Shown here one piece after another: positions 26,801 to 39,689 of a DNA stretch of 64,000 nt. A program made the position numbers and the translations under genes. Under the pieces are notes generated by a model that did no database searches, was not told the DNA's origin, and worked only from the letters and a program-made list of their open reading frames with translations. This DNA comes from Hemiscyllium ocellatum (lineage: Eukaryota). The DNA lies in NCBI RefSeq assembly GCF_020745735.1, contig NW_026867788.1, positions 351,584-415,583 on the forward strand, given 5' to 3'. How positions within the stretch are numbered: position 1 is the first letter of the stretch; each line of letters begins with the position of its first letter.

Positions 26801-28795
26801 GGAGACCAGAGACATCTTTCGAAGCCAGACTGGATTTCCAAATACCATTTTACAACACTTACCAAACCGTGTGTAACAGTCTCTAGGGATTGAATGAGAT
26901 CCTGTGTTGCTGTGGACCAGGTATTTGGAGCAAGTGACCTCCATCTGCTCCTGTGCAGGAGCTGTGAGGGACTGAATGCAACATGGTAACATGGGACTAT
27001 GGAGCAAAAGTGGGTCATCAGACAATGTGTCACTGCTCCACCATGCACTATGATCTGAGGATGGTCTCATCAACACTTTTCTGTGTGTGTGCCATTTTCC
27101 TACTCTCATTTATCTGTCAAATGTTTACCATACACAATTTTGAATAAATGGAAATATCCAGTCATTACAAACTTTAACAGCCCTTTGAGAATCTCTTGAT
27201 CGTTTTCTGACCAATGTTCGAGGTCACTGATGTGATGTCTTTTCCCACGCCTGTACTGGTGAAAGCAAGTTTTAAATGCAACCAGTTGAGGCTGTGGCCA
27301 ATGAAATAGGTATCAGACTGAGTAATTTTCTAGAAAAATGTGAGACACAGAAAGTTGAACTCTGAACGAATGGTAAAATGATCGAGTATCCCAAATGTTT
27401 CTCTGCCTTTGAAGTTATTCTGCTCACACAAATGTGTGGGAATGCGCATTTATTCCCGGAACAGTTGAATTTGGCTGAACTCCGTTTGCTTCGGTCAGTG
27501 GAGAGTTTCCTATGAATCCTCATCTGGAATCCTCCACAAATGGTAAAGATGACTCAGGGATTTTCTGCTCTTACACCTTGTTTTCAGGCAGAACAAAGTA
27601 AGAGAGAGAGACTAATTGGCCGCTGCTTCTGAGGCTGCTCCCTCTCTGCGTGGAAAAATACTGTAATGTCAACTGAACACCAAACTGGACCATGTGCGAT
27701 CTACATGAACATTCTCTGCAATGGATGATAATAGACTGTATGCTGTATGCAGGTGCATCATTGCTATTGTTGTGCACAGTGCCGTTCATTAGAAAAAAAA
27801 TGTGCCCACTTTATAATTTGATGACATCTTTATATGCGTAATTTTTATAAATGGGTTGATATCTTCATAATATTTGCGTTTATATCAACAAATCACATTC
27901 ATTAAAAATTCTCTAGCTTTAGTCTCCTTAACAAGAGAAAATATGTATCCAGCTGAAACACTTTTCAGAAAATTGTGCTTCAATAAGATTTCTCATCTAA
28001 AACCTTCGCAGATAATCCCCGATAACAAAAGGCCTTAATTTCAGGAATGAGTTAAGGGAAGCATCTTTGAACACCTTCGAAAGGAATTACATCTGTTTTT
28101 TTTAGTGTAGAGGATCAAAACCGCACCCAGTGTATCTGATGTGGTCTCAGCAATGCCCTGTACAGATGCAGTGAAACATTTCTGATTAAACCCAATACCC
28201 GTTGCCACAAACAACATCATTCCACTTACCTTCCTAATCACTTGTTACATCTGCAGACAGGCTTCATATGATTCACGTTCCAGGAATATGAAAAACATCT
28301 GCTTCACAGAGTTCAGCGATCTCTCTCCATTTAAATTGTTTCCTACTGATCTATCCTTCCTACCACAATAGACAACTCAAGTTATATTATTTTTTCTGAA
28401 GGTTTGCTCACGAACCTTCCATGTCTATATCATAATGCAGATTCACTACCTCCATTGGAAGATATATTGAATGATCATCTTGGTGTAGAATGTAATTCAT
28501 CTTTGATCCATTTAGTCCCTTCATCCAGATATTTGACATAGAATATTGATCATTGATGTTCCCACAGTGATCTCTGATTCAAAACTAGTTACATTTTTGT
28601 AAAAATATACATTTATCTCTACTGTGACAGCAACCTAGTTCCTCTGCAGCAGTTCAGGCGGGTTGAATGGCCTCTTCCTGGGCTACGTAATGTACTCAAT
28701 GAGCTGAATTGCTTCTTTCTATGTTCCTGTGTAACTCTTCCGAGGGGCAGAATGGTCTCCTCCCAAATCATTGTAAAGATCCTATGTGGCTGAAT

Positions 28796-28870
28796 GGGGT
28801 GGGGAGGGGGCGGGGGTGAGGTGGGGGGTTGGGGGTGGGGGCTTGGGGTGGAGCGTTGGGGGTGGGGGGA
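28796..28870 (+). repeat. G-rich low-complexity tract (G-quadruplex potential)
   Basis: More than ten runs of G4-G6 separated by 1-6 nt. Confidence 0.7.
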
Positions 28871-29559
28871 CCCTACCCTGTAACAGACTCAGGTGCTGGA
28901 TTGAGGAAACAGCACTTAGGGTAGAGGCAACAGTATATCTCTGTAACAGCATTGAGGGCTGAATTGAAGGAACAACACATTGGATGGGGCGGCAGTTGAC
29001 AATTCGGCTGCACCATTCAGAATGCTGATCCGATTGTGTCTGACTATCCAACTCCTGTCTTTTCCCAATAAACATTGACTCTTTTGTCCAGCTCGAGCTC
29101 AGCCTTGAATATCTTCAATAACCAAGTTTTCATTGGTCCCTGAGGATGAAGACATTGCAGGTAGCACAACATCCTTATTTCATTATGGGATCAATTATTT
29201 TAAAACGGTGTTAACCTCACATCAACTCACTGCCCCTTTTCGGATATAAGGATACAATAACTAGGAATAGACATAAAACCATTCCGCCTTTCAACTCTGT
29301 TCCACATTACCACTGACTCTTTCCAGTCAAATATGTATCAAACCCAGCCTCTGCTGCTGTCTCAGGAAGAGAATACTGTATAGCGTAACACCACACAAGC
29401 ATTAAAGAAAGGAACAGGATTAGGCTATTTGGTCCATCAAGTCTGACATGCCATTCAATCATTTCTTATAAGTTCCTCAAAATCACTCCTCTACCTTCTC
29501 CCTCGAATCCTTGATCTCCTCATAAATCAAAAACTTATTTATTTGTGTCTTAATGATAC

Positions 29560-29820
29560 TAGTGTCTGTGTCTTTGTGTGTATGTATGTTTGTGTGTGTG
29601 AGTATTTTTGTGACTACGTCTGTCTGTCTGTGTATCAGACTGTGTGTTTCTACCTGTGTTTCGGTCTATTTGTGTGTGACTGTATATGTCTCTGTGTGCT
29701 GCTATGTGTGTGTATGCCTATCTCCTTGTATGCATTGTGCATGTTAGTATATTGTGGTGTTTGCCAATACTTCTGTGTATATCAATGCCTGCAACTCTGT
29801 GCAACGGGATATCTGTTCTT
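29560..29820 (+). repeat. Degenerate (TG)n microsatellite
   Basis: TGTGTG-rich tract; it generates the Cys/Val-rich spurious ORFs. Confidence 0.8.
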
Positions 29821-30649
29821 TTGCGAGTTGAGAGAGCTGAGGTTGAAACTGACAGTGGGTTTAAATTGAGAATTGTTCTTTACTTAATATTGCACCTCAC
29901 TCGGTTTATGGGACGTGGATGTTTCAGAATCTCCATACCAAGGCCTCCTGGTCCTCTCTTGCTCTTTCTAGGATGCTCCACACATGTCAGGGTAGGGGGC
30001 AGAGGGAACAGAAACCGGGAACTCCACCACCGGCTTGGCCCTTGCTGTCCAATGCCAAGCTGTTTCTCCTGGAATGGGAGAAGAGGAGGGAAGCAATGAG
30101 GGTGGGAGTGGGTGTCCCTGCTGTTAGTGCTGGAGGGGGTAAGGGTGAGGTTTCCGGAGGGAGTCTGAACACAGTGTTGTATCCATGCAGTTTTATTAGT
30201 GTGCGGGGCTACTGTGTCAGTGACAGAAAAAGTGGGGGAGGGAATGTGCTGAATGCAATAGTGAGAGTGGGCGTACTTGAGCCTTATTTGGAGATAGAGT
30301 GTGAGCCTTGCTCGGGGATATGTGTTAAAACAGATATACAGTGAGTGTGAGGGAGCAGATAGAATACGATGACTCTTATCCTGGCAGAGCGGGGAGGATA
30401 TTGATGTTTGTCCTGTATTGCTGACCAATTCTTCAGATCATCTAAGCGTTCAGGTGAGCCTCCCCAAACGTCTTGTCCAAGTCTATCATTAAAACCTTTT
30501 CAGACCCTGTCATTCAGATCCCACAGAGTCAATTTGGGTGGATCTTACAAATATCAAGGAGAAGCAAACATTGGTGTGTTATATATCAAAACTATAGACC
30601 AAAACTATCGCGCAAACTGAAAATTGGATATGCAGGCATATGTAAGGTG

Positions 30650-30985
30650 AAGCAGTGACACAGTGATATTATCGCTGGTATCTTAGCCCAGAGATCCAGG
30701 TAATGTTCTGAGTACCCGAGTTCGAATCCTGCCATGGCAGATGACAGTATGTGAATTCAGTAAGTATCTGGAACGAATGGTTTATGATGACCATGAATCC
30801 ATTGTTGGTGGTTGGAAAAACTCATCTGTTTCACTGATGTCTTTTCGGGAAGGAAACTGCTGTCCTTCCCTAGTCTGGCCTGCATGTGACTCCAGACCCA
30901 AGGCAACGCTGTTGACTCTTAACTGCCCGCTGGCATGGGCAATAAATGCTGGTTATAAATGCGACGCCCTCATCCTGTGAATGGG
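30650..30985 (+). mobile_element. tRNA-derived SINE, second family (B-specific insertion)
   Basis: CCCGAGTTCGAATCC B-box-like motif. Tail similar to older fragments at about 280-430 and 24440-24605. Absent from A. Confidence 0.75.
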
Positions 30986-31339
30986 TAACAAATAATCGTG
31001 GATGCGACAGTAATACTGGCTGGTGTCAATTTGCATCAAAACTGCGTTACCTAAGTGACTGCTCATGTTGTGAAAAATAAATTCGATAAGTGTATATCAG
31101 GTAGTTGGAGAAGAAGTTGTGAACCAACTAGAGTGCAGGTTATTTCGGATTTGGTGTTGTGTTGTCAGGAGAACTAATTATTAACCGTGCACTGAAGCAG
31201 CTTTGAGGAATTGTGATGCAATTTAGAAATTTTGAACATTATAGTCAAACATCGAGGAAGCCTGGAGACTAGAGGGTCAAGTTAGTTCCAGTGAATTGGA
31301 AAAAAAAAAATATAACATTCAGTGAGAGACAAGCAATGA

Positions 31340-32880
31340 TTGTTTGTGTCATAGAGTCCTACAGCACAAAAATATTCCATTCGGTCCAAAGTGGTCCATT
31401 CCAAACAACATGTTCATTTACACTAATCCCATTTCCCTGCTATTGTCCGGTATCCTTCCAATCCTTTCCTACCCAAGTATTTGTCCAATGCCTATTAAAT
31501 GTTGTTAATGTACACACCTCAACCACTTCCACTGGCAGCTCATTCCATATGCGTACCACTCTGCGTGTAAAACAAATTGCTCCTCAGGTTCCTTTTATTC
31601 TTTCTCCTCTGACCTTAAGCTGATGCCCTCTATCCGGAATTGCCCAACCCTGGGGAAAAAAGACTGAGGGTATTCACTCTGTTCATGCCTCCCATGAACT
31701 TATACATTCTGCCAGATCGCCATCAGTCTCATACACCCTAAGGTTAAAAATTTCTAGCTTGTCCAGCCTCTCCTTAAAATCCAGACAATAGAGTCCTTGG
31801 CAATATCCGTGTAAATTTCTTGTGCAGTCTTTCCAGTTTAATAACATCCTTCCCAGAGCAAAGTGAACAAAACTAAACATAGCGCTACAGGTATAGCCTC
31901 ACCACCATCCTGTATAACTGCAACAGAACTCGCCAACTTCGGTATTCAATGTGCAGACTGATGAAGGCCAGTATGACAAAAGCCATCTTCACTGCTCTAT
32001 CTATCTCTAAATCAACTTTCAGCGAACCGTGCACCTGAATTTTCAGAGCCCATCTGTTCCATTACAAACCTTAAGGCCAAACCATTCACGATGAAACTCC
32101 GACCTTGAATTGACTTTGCAAAATGCATGATCTCACATTTATACATATTCAACTCCATTTGCCATTTCTTGGCGCACGTCCCAACTGATCAAGGTCCTGC
32201 TGCAATTTCTGATAACCTTCCTCACTATCCACAAAACCACTTTATTTAGTGTCATCTGCAATCTTACTAATCATGCCTTCTAAACTCAATCATAATACAT
32301 ATAACAAGCAGTCATGGTCCCAGTAATGACCACTGAGGCACACCACTAGTGACAGGCCTCCAGTCCGACAAGAATGCTTTCCATTATTACTCTCTGCTCC
32401 CTACCATCAAGACAATTTTGTATCTAATTTGCCATGTTCCCACTCCAGTCCTTGCAATCTACCCTTCCAGAGCAGCGTACCATGTGAACCCTTATTGATG
32501 GCCTCACTAAAATCAGTTGGACGACGTATACCACACTGCCCTTCGTCAACGTTACTGGTCACTTCATCAAAGAACGCTAAGAAATTTGTCAGCCATGAAC
32601 TCCCATACACAAAGCTGTGCTGACTGCTTCTAATCACAGCCTTTCCAAATATGCATTTATCTTATGTCTCAGAATCTTGCCAAATACCTTACCCACTACA
32701 GATGTCTGGTTTACTGGTCTATAGTTCCCAGGTTTTTCTTTGTCGCCCTTCTTGAATAAGGGCACAACAATCCCTGTACTCCAGTCATTTGGGACCTCAC
32801 CCATGGCCAGCGATGATGTACAAATATCTGCCAGTCCACCACAATTTCTTCTCTATCCTCTTACAATGTTCTTGGATTAT
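31340..32880 (-). mobile_element. CR1-type LINE RT/3' fragments (B-specific)
   Basis: ORF 32407-32637 (QHSFVYGSSWLTNFLAFFDEVT...DFSEAINK) and 31683-31880 (LDFKERLDKL). Confidence 0.8.
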
Positions 32881-34499
32881 CTAGTTTATACAAAGACTGC
32901 AAAGTCTGAAACAAGAGCCAATTTCTTTAACGTACAAACACCCAAGAATGAGAAAGTGACTTAATGATGGTTAACATTACAAATTAAATATTATATTAAT
33001 CATAAGACGTGACATCAGAGAAATATCAGAAATTTAGAATCCAGAAAAGGAGGGACATGAAACTGATAAGGAAATCAAAAAGCAAACATGCACGCTAACA
33101 AACAGGAACACAAAGACTGCATAAATCTACGATCTACATTTCAAAGGAAACAAAATAAAAACATGTTCAAATGTGGAAATTTGTAATCGGGAGATGGGAT
33201 GTTACTGTGGAGAACAGGGAAATGGCCGAGAAATAACCAGTTACTTTGCATCTGTCTTCATGGAGGAAGAGCCAGACAATCACCCAGAAATACCAAATGA
33301 TCATATCGGCCTTCAGGAGCTAAAGGCATAAAGTCAATTCTTATCAGTAACAAGGTACACTTGAACATGTAGCTGGATTGAGCATTGCTAAGTCTGATGA
33401 AACAGATGTACTCAAAATGTCAGAAATAAATCAGCAATAGAAGTATTAATTGCACTGGTGATGACTGTGTTTTATTTTCCTGTACATTCCAAAGAGGCTG
33501 GAAAGCCATTGTAGATAAATGGAAGGTAATAAACGTGATCCAAACATGATAGTAGATGAATGGAATGGATTCAGGCATCCAGATAGTGAAAAAGTGATAG
33601 TGAAAAGAAATGCAGACCATTTAACTTGACAACTGTAGAGACATTTTTGGAATCTATGAGACACGATGTGTTATTGGATATTTGGAAATTAACAGCAACA
33701 TTGAAGAGAATCAGGGTGCATTTTTGAAAGGAAATCATACTTAACAACTTCGGAATTATGTATGTGGAAAGTTAAAGTTGGGTTCAACTTCAATTAAAAG
33801 AGTCAGAATATCGATGCAATGAAATATTGAAGTAGTTTCATAGTGTATTGGTGAGACTGTACCTGGACAATTGTGTCCAGAGTTGGTGAACCTGTACCTA
33901 GAGCATGGGTACAGTTTTGGTGACCTAATCTGAGAAAGGATATACTGACCACAGAGGAAGTGCAATGGACATTCTCCAGATTCGTCCCTCAGGTAGTGAG
34001 ATTGTCTGATGGAGCAACTCGGCCTGTGTACTCTAAGGTTTCAAAGAATGAGATGTGATCGCAGTGAAATTTGAAAATTTACGAAACATAGGACAAGGTG
34101 GAAATAAACAGCATGTTTCTCTGGCTGCCTACTCTACATTTAAGGAAAAAAATGGCAGGATAAGGGACAGGCCATTTAAGACTGCAATAAGAAGTAAATT
34201 CTTCATTCGGAGAGAACTGACTAATACAGGGACATGGAATTCTGCTGGCAGGCAAGTTTAGGGAGAATTCCCAGGTATTCAACAAGTGTGTCAAGTGGAA
34301 CAGAATAACCAGGGAATACGTAAAAGTCATTGGTGACTTGCCAAGTTTCATCTAAATCAACTTTAATGGTAGGAGTCAGAAGGTGGTGGTAGAAGCCTGT
34401 TGGTGTGACTGGAGGCCGGTGTCTAATAATGCATCATAGGGATCAATGTTGTGTCCCTTATTATTTGTGATTCGGATATGCCAGTATTGGACTGGGGTG

Positions 34500-34650
34500 G
34501 ACAAAGTTAATAATCACACAACACCAGGTTTATTCGGAGGCACGAGTTTTCAAACCTCACAACTACCTGATAAAGAAACAGCGCTTCGAAAGCTAGTGCC
34601 TCTGAATGAACCTGTTGAGCTATAGCCTGGCGTTGTGTGATCTATAACCT
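34500..34650. mobile_element. Second-family Penelope pLTR fragment, inverted pair
   Basis: CCTGATAAAG...CGAAAGCTAGTG...AACCTGTTG preceded by a partial reverse complement. Same family as 40980-41220 and 49444-49566. Confidence 0.6.
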
Positions 34651-35075
34651 TATTATTTGTGAAATTCATAAATGGTGATCTGTGAAAATAGACAAGAGGG
34701 GGGAGAGTGTGATAACTAAGTTTGTGTTTGATACAACGATTGACCGGGTGGTTGGCAGTGAGGAGGAAGGTCTTATGTTACGGAAGATACACATGGACAG
34801 ATCAGTAGCAGATGGAATGCAACCCTGATAAATATGAGGTGGTGCACTTTGGAAGAAGGAAGCAGACAGCGGAGTACTCAGTGAATGGCAGCACACGGGG
34901 GAGCTCAGAAGGAGCCTGAATGTGACGGGACAGGTTAATCCACAAGTTCAAAATACAAAGGTAGTGTAAGCATAGCCTTTATTCATTGAGGCACAGATTA
35001 TAAGTGCTATGCAGAATTTTGGTTAGGCCAAGATAGAATACTGTATATTTCTGGGAGCCACATTACAGGAAGGAT

Positions 35076-35575
35076 NNNNNNNNNNNNNNNNNNNNNNNNN
35101 NNNNNNNNNNNNNNNNNNNNNNNNNNNNNNNNNNNNNNNNNNNNNNNNNNNNNNNNNNNNNNNNNNNNNNNNNNNNNNNNNNNNNNNNNNNNNNNNNNNN
35201 NNNNNNNNNNNNNNNNNNNNNNNNNNNNNNNNNNNNNNNNNNNNNNNNNNNNNNNNNNNNNNNNNNNNNNNNNNNNNNNNNNNNNNNNNNNNNNNNNNNN
35301 NNNNNNNNNNNNNNNNNNNNNNNNNNNNNNNNNNNNNNNNNNNNNNNNNNNNNNNNNNNNNNNNNNNNNNNNNNNNNNNNNNNNNNNNNNNNNNNNNNNN
35401 NNNNNNNNNNNNNNNNNNNNNNNNNNNNNNNNNNNNNNNNNNNNNNNNNNNNNNNNNNNNNNNNNNNNNNNNNNNNNNNNNNNNNNNNNNNNNNNNNNNN
35501 NNNNNNNNNNNNNNNNNNNNNNNNNNNNNNNNNNNNNNNNNNNNNNNNNNNNNNNNNNNNNNNNNNNNNNNNNNN
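35076..35575. other. Assembly gap (500 N)
   Basis: Exactly 500 N; placeholder-size scaffold gap. Confidence 0.99.
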
Positions 35576-38208
35576 AACTGTCCCGGCCCCAAACTGCTCC
35601 CCTACTAACCCTTCAGTCACTTGCCCTGCCTGAAACCAGAGGTTTGCTCATTCTATGGTAGTTTCATCGGCATATTAATGAAGACAAATTCCTTCAACAC
35701 TTAACGGTTTCCTCAGCATCCGAGCTCTTAAGATCATGCCTGTCCCACTTTATGTTTGGAAGGTTAAAATTTGCTGTTATTAAAATCCTAAAATTCTTAC
35801 GTATACATGAGATCTGTCAACATATTTGCTACTCAATTTCATTCAGACCACCAGGGGGACTATTACAATAACATCAAATTAATTGTGCTTTCCTTATTTC
35901 TGAGTCTCATCCACATAGGTTTACTGGACCATCCCTCACAAATACCTTCTGTTAGAAGAGCTCTAATACTTCACCACAATTAAAATTGCTTGGCCTTTTA
36001 ACTCTTCCTACTTCTGCTGTACCTTTGATGGTGTGAGTTGCCCTTGAGGACTTCGAACATAAATTATTCAATTTACTGGTGATGGTTAGTACCTGAAAAT
36101 AAAGATACTATGCGTGACTTGGTGATGGGAAGTAAATATGTTACCTTGTGTGGAAGGAAGGTTCTGGATATAAACAACATTTTTGTAAATAAAACAAACT
36201 CCATTCTGTCTGCTCAGTTTTTTCGTACACTGGTTTACCTTCAGCATATTTTCCTTATATTTTGATTAGTTCAAATTCATCTCATCCGCTGTTTTATACT
36301 TGTCAGCGCTTTGTTAACGGGTGTTTGCTGTTTCACAATGTATGTCGCCTTATCGTGTACGCTCTGGGAATTCAGTATTTGTAGTGTTTGTTGTTTCAAC
36401 CTGTGCCTTGGTCTATTAGGCAAAATTACAGAAAAATGTTAATAGCAATTTAAGTTAAAATGTTAGGATATCGGAAGAACAGCTAAGCGCTTCAAAATAT
36501 AACAGAGGGTTTTTGAGAAAAGACATGGAAAGCAGCAGGGTTTCCAGTCCGTTTGATCGCTGCCTTCCCTTATCGAAATCAACCTGTGATTTATCATTTT
36601 TGAGGATTGTTGTCCATTAATATTGGTGCATCAGATAGATCTCAGTCTCGAGCGGGTGTGACATGCCTCTTTGTTTTATGATGAACTCAGGGGTACATAT
36701 AATATTAAGGGTGTAAATCCAAAGTGGTGCAGGAGCAGAGGATCCTCCGTTATATGTGCATAAATCAGAGAATGTACCATGACAGGTGGACGGAAGAACA
36801 ATAAAACTTACTTCAAGTACGCTGTAATTATGTTAAACTGAAATAAAACAGTCGCTTGTCTCACCTGAAATAAAGCATCCAGTTTCAGAAGCCACATTTT
36901 TAAAATACGCAAATCTATGAGACAGGCTGCGTGCCGGATTCACAACACTGTTCCTGGGATGATGTACCTTACGGTTTCTGAGAAATTGGAACTGTTCCCC
37001 ACTGCTGAACATGTGAATAGTTGCTATGATTGGTTCTCAATTCCATCTTGCGTCATATAGATTGCAACGGTTGAATATTTCTAGCACTTCTTGAGCTCTG
37101 CCTTGTCTGATCGACATCGACCACTGATTTATTATTTTTGAGGGCTTCTGTTCAGTAATATCCCTGAGTTAGAGAGACCTCAGTCTCTTTTCCTGGGATT
37201 TGACAGATATGGTGTTTCAAATAGATCCCAGAAATTGTTCTCCGTGACATTTAAATGTGAGAAAAACCCCAGTTCTGAGAATTCGCTCTTGGATTGTGCA
37301 CGTGTTGTTTCTGAATACCTGACTGAACGGTGACATTTTTGGCTGATGAATGTTTCGTTGGGTGTGTAAGGTGGTGATTTGTGCATAACTAATCCACGCT
37401 GTTGCAACTTTTGGAGTAAATTTAATTTAGACAATGTAGAGTAAAGTTTCAATCTCCGTTGCCTGCCTTTTATAGGCTTCTGGCGGAGCAACGCTCCAAA
37501 TTTGTATCATTATGTATATCAAGGCTGTGACCGTTAATGCGAAAGAGGAAAAGTTCTCTAATCATTTTGTTTCCGGTGTGTTCCACGAGGCATATCGTGA
37601 TAAGTGGGCCACGTGGTGGCGCAGCATTCACCTAAATGACTGGATGAAACACAACCAAACAAAATAAGTGAAGGTATTTCGCTGGGAAAGGAGTGTGGGG
37701 ACGTGAGAAAATGTGTTATTACTGACTGACCTTGAAGCAACAATTAAGCAAACTCAAGGTTAGTGCATATTCATTCGAGATTAATTAACCATTTTAGAAG
37801 GCATTTTTTATCCAAAACGTTGATGTAAAAGATAACAGAAGCAAATACTGTGGCTGGATGCCGCATTGAGACAAGAACGCATGCGCTGTGAGCTGTGAAC
37901 TTTCTGTGTATCTGTAACAGTCACCAGAAATGGAATACAATGGCTCATCACCATTTTGAATAATGAACAAATAAAAACAAAACAAATAGGCTTCAAACAA
38001 AGGGGAAGCTACAAGTTCTTTCAACCACAATCATTACAACGATATCAAAGGATATAATAGGAAAACCCATCAATAATTGTCTCAGTTACACGCTGATAAA
38101 CTGAAGTGATCTCAGCAAGTGAACAGTCAGCAACAGGGCTGATTGTCGATATGGAATTCAGCGACCTTGTTATGCAGATCAGGAAAACCTACGGGGTCGA
38201 CAACTCAT

Positions 38209-38217
38209 TCACTTTAC
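38209..38217 (-). pseudogene. IGHM: IgM heavy chain TM2 exon (V-K-stop)
   Basis: TTTTATCTCCCTTTTCCAG|GTA AAG TGA, 139 bp downstream of TM1. Confidence 0.88.
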
Positions 38218-38356
38218 CTGGAAAAGGGAGATAAAACAATGATGCAGATGCTTATGGTCAGGAGCATTCAGATTCAATTTTTATTCAATGGCACACTTAG
38301 AGATTTCACAAAACATATTCGGCTGCTTGGCGTGTGAAAGATGTTATTATTCTGAC

Positions 38357-38485
38357 ATTCACCAGAGTGGCAGCAGCGCTGTAAAAAGGTACTCAGGAAG
38401 AATAGGGTGATGAATGTGGAAGCAGTTGTACAGATGTTGCTGTTATCATCTTCATAATCTTCAATCCAAGTGTGATCTATTGAAC
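38357..38485 (-). pseudogene. IGHM: IgM heavy chain TM1 exon, frameshifted
   Basis: Acceptor TTCGTAG|GT TCA. Reads SIDHTWIEDYEDDNSNICTTASTFITLFFLSTF, then a +1 T, then YSAAATLVN|GTCAGA. Matches the shark mu TM motif (WTTASTF..LF.LS.FYSAAVTL.K); Trp is replaced by Cys. Confidence 0.92.
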
Positions 38486-38829
38486 CTACGAATATAAAGA
38501 CGAGAGAACACACTTAAATAGTTAATTGACCCAGTCCGATCTATCTGCATCTAAGTTATGTAATTAGAGACCATTACATGTTCAGGAAGTAGTCAGACAT
38601 TTATCAAACGTGACTCTGTTAGCTGTATCTATTAGAGCATTACTGATTCTCAGCAGGAACTTACAAATTCTAACTGCACATGTTCTTTCATCACTGACTG
38701 TCAGAACATTTCAAATTACTTTTTCTTTTAATCTATTATTGAAGAATATTATTATTTGAGGAATGGATATTAGGAACGAGTATCGTAATTATTTCCTTAT
38801 ATTTTAAATATAGGATGAGCCCCTCATAA

Positions 38830-38970
38830 TACGTGTGAAGAATTTAGATCCATACTTGCAAAGGCAAGACACACAAGGCAATGGATCAAGTGCTGGCACA
38901 TGAGACTGGAATAGTTAGGTGGCTGTTATTTATAGGATGGACCAAAGAGCTTTTTCCTGTGCTGTATAAG
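38830..38970 (+). mobile_element. Degenerate LINE 3'-end fragment in the Cmu1-TM1 intron
   Basis: Similar to the CR1 tail at 13330-13435 (AGTGCTGGCA...GAGACTGGA...TTTCCTGTGCTGTA). Confidence 0.6.
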
Positions 38971-39055
38971 GCGAATCTTTTAAAAATGTTATAAATAATG
39001 CCTTACTCATGTTAATCACAGATGTTTTGTTTATCTAATTTACCACAACACTTAC

Positions 39056-39351
39056 CCTGACATGGCATTTCTTTGCTCTTGTGCGACCCGCTGTGTTAAA
39101 CCAGTAGATTTTGCTGGGGTAATCTACTGTTGACCCGGGCAGGGTTAATTGGCTGCGCTGGGTGTAGGTTCCCTTGTTGTATACCACTGATGGGTAAGTC
39201 TTCAATCCAATCGTGATTAGCTCTCCACCTTTATTAAAGATTACCTTGGTTATTTCAGGGAAATAGTCCATCGCCAAACAACCAAAGATCACAGAACCGG
39301 TATCGTGGTCATGACAGGACAAGAGCAGGCCATAAAGCGTGGGGGAGACGG
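39056..39351 (-). pseudogene. IGHM: IgM heavy chain Cmu1 exon, disabled
   Basis: [11 protein letters not shown]...[12 protein letters not shown]...GLKTYPSV...KGTYT..SQLTL...PSKIY is the shark Cmu1 signature. Core Trp is replaced by Phe; a short deletion with frameshift removes the second Cys. The shifted frame continues [14 protein letters not shown]|GTAAGT. No AG acceptor at the 5' end. Confidence 0.93.
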
Positions 39352-39689
39352 GATAGAATGACCAATTGAGCACATTAGGTTCTGTTAATTTGTCCTTGTC
39401 AGTTACTCAAATGTATCCTCAGCTGTACAAGTTTGCCAGTATGCTCCTGCTGAAGTCTACAGCGTAACTGGAGTTTATTTTTGTTTCTTACCAGTTGTTG
39501 ATCATGCTGTATTGATTCCCTCTTCAGAAACAAGCCCTCTAACATGACCATTACCATAAGATTTATGAAGAAGAACATCCTGATCCCACTACCAGTAACT
39601 ATTTGAAAATCTCACCAACTGACATTTTCACTGGGTTGCAAGTGAAGAACGGAGAGGTTTCACAAAATACAAACCAAGTAAATACGGAT

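Larger units (their letters stand above)
24250..35075 (+). repeat. Segmental duplication copy B
   Basis: Collinear with copy A (see above); ends at the assembly gap. Confidence 0.85.

Noticed and set aside
29543-30428. Cluster of 100-180 aa ORFs
   Set aside because: Arises from TG microsatellite and GC-rich low-complexity sequence; no recognisable domain.
35023-35620. Long ORFs 35023-35592 and 35063-35620
   Set aside because: Artefacts of translating the N gap.
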